In this document: positions 57,909-64,000 of the stretch, piece by piece
Layout of the letters: each line of letters opens with the position of its first letter
Position numbering within the stretch: the stretch's first letter is position 1
NCBI GenBank assembly: GCA_964016885.1
Contig: OZ024740.1
Location: 150,412,001-150,476,000, forward strand
Source of the DNA: Eledone cirrhosa
Lineage: Eukaryota
DNA length: 64,000 bases
Reading direction: 5' to 3'
Made by a program: the position numbers and the translations under genes
The notes under the pieces: model-generated
Databases searched by the model: none
The model's input: only the letters and a program-made list of their open reading frames with translations
Told to the model about the DNA's origin: nothing

Positions 57909-57967
<59 letters not shown>

Positions 57968-58334
57968 TTGGGAGCGAGTTTGTCTTTGTGCCTCTCTATA
58001 TGGACGTGTGTGTATGTGCGTGTGCGTTTATATGTATATGTCTGTACGTGTTTGTGTATATGAGTACATATACGCGTACGCATATGTGTGTCCATGTATG
58101 CATGTGCGTGTGTGTGGGTGTGCTTGTGTGTGCGTGTGGGAGCTGATGTACGCGGGCATGTAGGCAGGCGTTTGTGGACGCGAATGCTGTTAGTTATACG
58201 GTTGTGTGCGTGTGTGTGTATGTGAGTGTGTGTATGTGTATATATATGTAGGTATATGTGTACATATATATATATATATAGAAAAAAGTATGACCCCGAC
58301 GGCAGAGCTCAAGCCGTCTCGGCGGCTATTTCTG

Positions 58335-58391
<57 letters not shown>

Positions 58392-58654
58392 TGTTTATGT
58401 GTATGTGTATGTATGTATGTGTGTATGTGGGTATATGTGTATATGTGTATGTGAGTGGACTTGTGAAATACCAAACCCAGCATGTATTCATCGAAGTGTG
58501 TCAGGCGGAGGGTAGCTGATGGACAGTCTGGCAGAAACCGTTGGCCAGAATTTATGATGACGTAGATAAACAACAGCCAAGAGCAGGACAAGCGAGGAAG
58601 ATGTTTTTTGACGCTAACACCCCAGTGAGAAAATGTGATCCGAAATTATTGCCA

Positions 58655-58743
58655 GTGTTTGACGAACCTGTAGATAACAGAATCAGACATATCCATACAA
58701 TGATCGTGTCTCGAGCTGTCTACTGCTGAAACAATTGTAACAC
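58655..58743 (+). ncRNA. Decayed hammerhead motif
   Basis: gtgt-TTGACGA-..gtaga..tctac..-GAAA-caattg-TA-acac. Confidence 0.5.
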
Positions 58744-58890
58744 ACAATAAATTGAGTCCAGAGCATCACTGATTTTTCGTTTTATATTATATCACACTCT
58801 GCTCTGTAAGAACATGGAGTGCTCAACCGGCATACTGCATATGGAAGCATCTTAGCTACCATCATACACACACACACCCACACACACATC

Positions 58891-58932
<42 letters not shown>

Positions 58933-59045
58933 CATGTATGTATGTATATACATATACATACTACCGTACGTCTATACACATATTTGTATGTACGTGTACA
59001 TACTTATATATATACACATGAATATATATTAAATACACACGAACG

Positions 59046-59081
<36 letters not shown>

Positions 59082-59347
59082 AGTATATATCTATATCATA
59101 TATTATATATACACAAATATATATGTATATATATTTTTCTATATAAATAATTATATACAAACACATATTCAATTGCATATATCTATGTCTGTGTGTGTAT
59201 ATATATGTATATATATATAATTTATCTACATATTATATATATATATATCATATATACACAGAGACAGATATTTATAAATGTATATATATAAGTATATTTA
59301 TATTATATATACACGCACATATATATATATACTTATATACAAACACA

Positions 59348-59383
<36 letters not shown>

Positions 59384-59939
59384 GGAAATTTATAAATTCT
59401 TAAATTTATAAATTTAATTCATAATAAATTGGAGTGAAAGCATGGTGCGTGTGTTTCTTATTGACAACATGACCCTCCCAAAGTATAACTATATATATAT
59501 ATATATAACCAAAAGTTAAACAAGGTTCATTGACTTAATATTTGAAAAAAAAAACGGTCACGCATCATGTCCCTCTCTTCTTTCTTTCTTTTCCTTATGC
59601 AGTTATATATTCTACCATCTCTATCTCCCTCTCTTCGTTTTAATCTTCATCTCTTTATCTTTTTCCCTTTCTCTTCTATTTAGCTCTCTCTCTCATTTGT
59701 TTTTTCCTCTAATACGGATATTTACATATTTAAATATTTAAATACTTAAAATTTATGTACTTATGTGTTTATGTATTTATATTTTTCTACATTTCTCCTA
59801 CTCACCCTCTTCGTTATATGTAGTTTGTCATGTTAGTACTTATGGTATATAAATATTGAGTTTTGTTGTAATTAATCACTGCCAAGACTGGAATTGAACC
59901 ATCAGCACAGTTGAGGTATGTCACACATCAATTTATGTA

Positions 59940-60002
59940 TTTTATCTGATGAGGACGTACTGAAAAAAACAGCACAGTACCTCCGAAATATATATAATAA
60001 AA
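59940..60002 (+). ncRNA. Type I hammerhead motif in a PLE-like 3' end
   Basis: ttttat-CTGATGA-ggacgtactg..cagtacctcc-GAAA-tatata-TA-ataaaa. Confidence 0.78.
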
Positions 60003-60460
60003 CATATATTTTGATTACGTGAATGTCTACATTTATTAATATTTTGAATTAATATATATATATGTGTGTGTGTGTGTGTACGTGTACGCGTGTGTGTGTG
60101 TGTGTGTGTGTGTGAGTGTGTGTGTTCGTTTGTGTGTGTGTGTGTATGTACGTGAGTGTGTGTGTTCGTTTGTGTGTGTATGTGCGTGAGTGGTTGCGTT
60201 CAGTTGTGTGTGTGTATGTGTATGTGTGTGTGTGTATGTGTGCGTGTGTGTGTGTGTGTGATATTTCATACAGAAATGGCTTCTACAGAACTTGAACAGA
60301 TTCACTTATTAGAATTCACCAGGGAAGTACAATAATTTTGCAAGATAGACAGAAAAGGTGAATCATAAATAAAAATAATTTATACTATGAATTAATAAGA
60401 CTGTAAAATATAATACAAAGGAAAAATACGGTAAGAGATGTAAGCGGTTTAAATATTAAT

Positions 60461-60643
60461 TTCTACATTGTGCACAAGGCCAGCAATTACCCAGTGCATT
60501 ACTGGTACTTTATTTTATCGACCCCGTAAGGATGAAAGGCAAAGTTAACCTCGACGGGATTTGAACTCAGACCGTAAAGGGACATAACTATGCTGGAAAG
60601 CATGGCATCCGACTCTCTACCGATACTGCCAATCCACCGCCCT
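60461..60643 (-). mobile_element. Full tRNA SINE (short subfamily) with TSD
   Basis: TSD cggt(t/a)taaatattaat at 60445-60460 and 60644-60659. Confidence 0.9.
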
Positions 60644-60871
60644 CGGTATAAATATTAATGTTACGTAATATAGACCAAATTAGGTAATCGTGGGTGGATT
60701 TATAAAGAAAACGTTTGGCATGTTGATTGGTGTTTTGCTTGTTAACAGGATCATTACATATGTCACTTTTGTAAATGAACTAAACCATACTCCTCCTCTA
60801 CTTACTGTATTTGGTTACATTGTTTAACTGTGGTTTCTTTCCTCTTCGGAAAAGCATTCTTTATATATATA

Positions 60872-61185
60872 CTAGCCGGCGCGTTCGGCTGGAAGCCGGC
60901 TGCCATTGGCGTGTTCTACGGCATCCATATATATATATATATAGCTGACGTACCTAGCTTCGCTTGGATAAACAGACGATAAGCCGTCTGTGTAGTATTA
61001 CTGTTGAAAATATATAGTATAGTATTACTGTTGAAAATATATAGTATAGTATTAATGTTGAAAATATATAGTACAGTATTACTGTTGAAAATATATAGTA
61101 TAGTATTACTGTTGAAAATATGTACACGAATATATATATATATATATTTTTGTCTGCCTCTCTGTTTTTGTTCCCGTCCAAGTTT

Positions 61186-61258
<73 letters not shown>

Positions 61259-61576
61259 GTAAATGTTGGTTAGAAGGGGAGTCAATGCAAACAGGCAGAC
61301 ATACAGACATATATTATAAGGGCGCGACGTTATGGCTATGTATCTATCTAAAAAACAGAGTAAGAAAGAGATAGGATGTCGTATAATATATATAATATAT
61401 AATAAAGTACCAATAATGTACTGATATAATTGCTGGCCTTGTGCCAAAAGTAGAAACAATTATACTTCTTTTTTATACGACTGTAATTAACATGTTTATT
61501 TATGTATATATACGTAGAAAGGAATGATGTAATAAAATGTACAAATTAAACTGTCTCTTATTTATGATACTAACAC

Positions 61577-61624
<48 letters not shown>

Positions 61625-62020
61625 ATATATATATATACACACACACTATATCTCTATATATATATATACACACACACACATACAGCGAAGTCAATGTACA
61701 GAATGGTTTTCGTAATGCAGTCAGCTAGACATACAGACAGATATTATAAGGGCGCGACGCTATAGCTATGTATCTATCTAAAAAGACAGACTAAGAAAAA
61801 GAGAGAACGCTAACCGGAAGTGTTGACATTTGAAAATTTTAAAATATTTAAATAAACAATAAAATATCTTTAATCTTTTAACTAAATTTAGTAGACAAAA
61901 ATAGCCTCACTTTCTTACTTGGAAAAAGTTACAACTATGGTGCAAATTTGGTGCTGTTTGGTCCAGCCGTTTGGCGAAAAGTTTGTTACATACATACGGC
62001 CGTCAGCTTTATAGTATAGA
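60872..62020 (-). mobile_element. Non-autonomous Helitron-like element
   Basis: Minus start TCtatactataaagc. Candidate 3' ends at about 60941 and at CTAG 60872 with a GC hairpin. Internal 27-bp x4 tandem and a duplicated about 60-bp block. Confidence 0.6.
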
Positions 62021-62067
62021 TAAACCCACCAACCTGCGCAATTCGTTGACTGCTCTACCTTGCATAC

Positions 62068-62241
<174 letters not shown>

Positions 62242-62315
62242 GAAAACGAAAAATCAGTGATGCATCGGAGTGCTCAACCAGCATACCGCTTATGGAAGCA
62301 TCTTAGCTACCATTA

Positions 62316-62425
<110 letters not shown>

Positions 62426-62455
62426 ATGTATAATAAACAATACAATATAATTACC

Positions 62456-62516
62456 TCATTACCAGAGGTTTCCCGAATAAGACGAATACGAAAAACGTCC
62501 TTCGTTCGTCGGATAA
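62456..62516 (-). ncRNA. Hammerhead-like motif (CCGACGA core) inside inverted repeat 62427-62548
   Basis: ttat-CCGACGA-acgaaggacg..cgtcttattcgg-GAAA-cctctgg-TA-atga. Confidence 0.58.
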
Positions 62517-62653
62517 TGAGGTAATTATATTGTATTGTTTATTATACAATAAATTTAGCTCTGGCACTTATATAGAGCACTCTTCACTCCTATGACTTTT
62601 TCAATTTTCAATGGAAACTTTAATACACACACACACACATATATATATATATA

Positions 62654-64000
62654 GGAGGACGTTATAGTTCACTTGAAGCATTGTGTAATGAGGTATAAAC
62701 GTTTGTATACAAAAATAAACGTTTGTATACAAAAAATAAACGTTTGTATACAAAAATTCTGCCTAAGAAAACTCATACAACACCTACACCGCACGCTAAA
62801 ACAACACATACGGACTATTTCCAGCCCTGTACTACAACTCGCTGAAACCCCAGAACCTCTGTCTAGAGTTATCTCCGCCGCTATAGACAGGTCATACCAC
62901 CATCGCCGAGACTACGAGAAAATACGCCTAACGCAAACATTTCTCAAACTCAGCACGGCTAACCGTCTTAACAACATCCCAACTCTAAGCACCAACAGAA
63001 GCGAACAAGACGGTACCAACACCGAACCTAGCGGCGCCCCGACCAACAACACACCTGACGCAAAACACCTCGTCACAGACTTGACAGGATCCCTCTCCCG
63101 AGAGGAATTAGACCTCCTCAGTCTGGGTCCCAAGTTCGTATTGAAACAGAGACTGGACGACAAATTATGGCTCGACATAGAAACGAATTTCTGTCGGGCT
63201 GCCTAACAACTAAAATGGATATCGACTCTCGGCAACAACACCACGGAACCTAACAAACCCAGATTCCCGATATACCAACTGGATCGCCCACTCTATCCAC
63301 CGCCTGCCAACCGCGAGCTTGTAGAAAAAATCTCGAGGCTAAAACATTCCGTATTTAACATCTTACGGAAACAGAAGAAGATAGCTCCAAACCTCTCCAG
63401 GACACAACAACTCGCCCTGAAAAACCTACGGAATAGGGAACTTATTTACTTACCATCCGACAAAGGTAAAGAGTTTTGCGTCATCTCTCAAGCCACATAC
63501 AACAACCTAGCCTTTGAACACCTAAGCGACAATGAACTATATACAGAGATCCCGGACATGACTGCAGCCCAGATCGAAAAACAGACCAACTCCATCTGGT
63601 TCGACATCTGTAGGAGAAGACAACTCCCAAATAAAGTTAAGCTCAACTACACTACTAGAAATAGCAGACTGCCCACTTTCTACCACCTCATCAAGACCCA
63701 CAAGAATAGTACTAAGACACAAATAAGACCCATCGTCTCTAGCATAGAAGGACCCCTATACACAATTTCCTGGCTCCTCTCCCAGGTCCTCAAGCCTCTA
63801 CTCTCCACCTTTCCCGGGCATGTCAGTAGCTCCGACGAAGTTATATGTAGACTACACCAACTCCAGCCAGAACAACTTAAACTAAACAGATACGCCTTTA
63901 GCCTCGACATGGTCTCCCTCTACACTACATTTCCCGCTCATCCAGCTGTCGATTTATTGACGGACTGCGTGGTCGCAGAGGACATCCACTGCTACGGCCT
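62654..64000 (+). mobile_element. Penelope-like element RT ORF, one in-frame stop, running off the window end
   Basis: LSREELDLLSLGPKF, TAA at 63204-63206, then same frame NLSRTQQLALKNL, PSDKGK, FYHLIKTHK, IRPIVS, FSLDMVSLYT (PLE RT motifs). Confidence 0.92.

Overview
Eukaryotic, AT-rich, microsatellite-saturated genomic DNA with almost no host coding sequence. The SINE families and (TA)n/(TATG)n load suggest a cephalopod (Octopus-like) genome; this is an inference. Most ORFs in the track are artefacts of simple repeats. The real content is retroelement debris: RTE and RTE-BovB LINE fragments, R4/Dong-clade endonuclease fragments, Penelope-like element (PLE) RT and GIY-YIG fragments, more than a dozen tRNA-derived SINE copies, two Helitron-type non-autonomous elements, a hAT MITE, and possibly one signal-peptide exon (12792-12910). 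The main unexplained layer is a set of minimal type I hammerhead-ribozyme motifs with palindromic stem III: one textbook-perfect (20306-20350), about seven near-intact and several decayed. They lie in several unrelated short non-coding repeat families. One family is a 466-bp tandem unit and another a ~615-bp circularly permuted unit, both resembling retrozyme-like circular RNA templates. Many copies form fold-back palindromes whose junctions fall at the ribozyme cleavage site or in stem II. A separate pair of ~610-bp non-coding retroposon families, found only in (TATG)n tracts, carries a covarying structured RNA head that may be an HDV-like ribozyme. All folds were derived by eye, and no activity is demonstrated.
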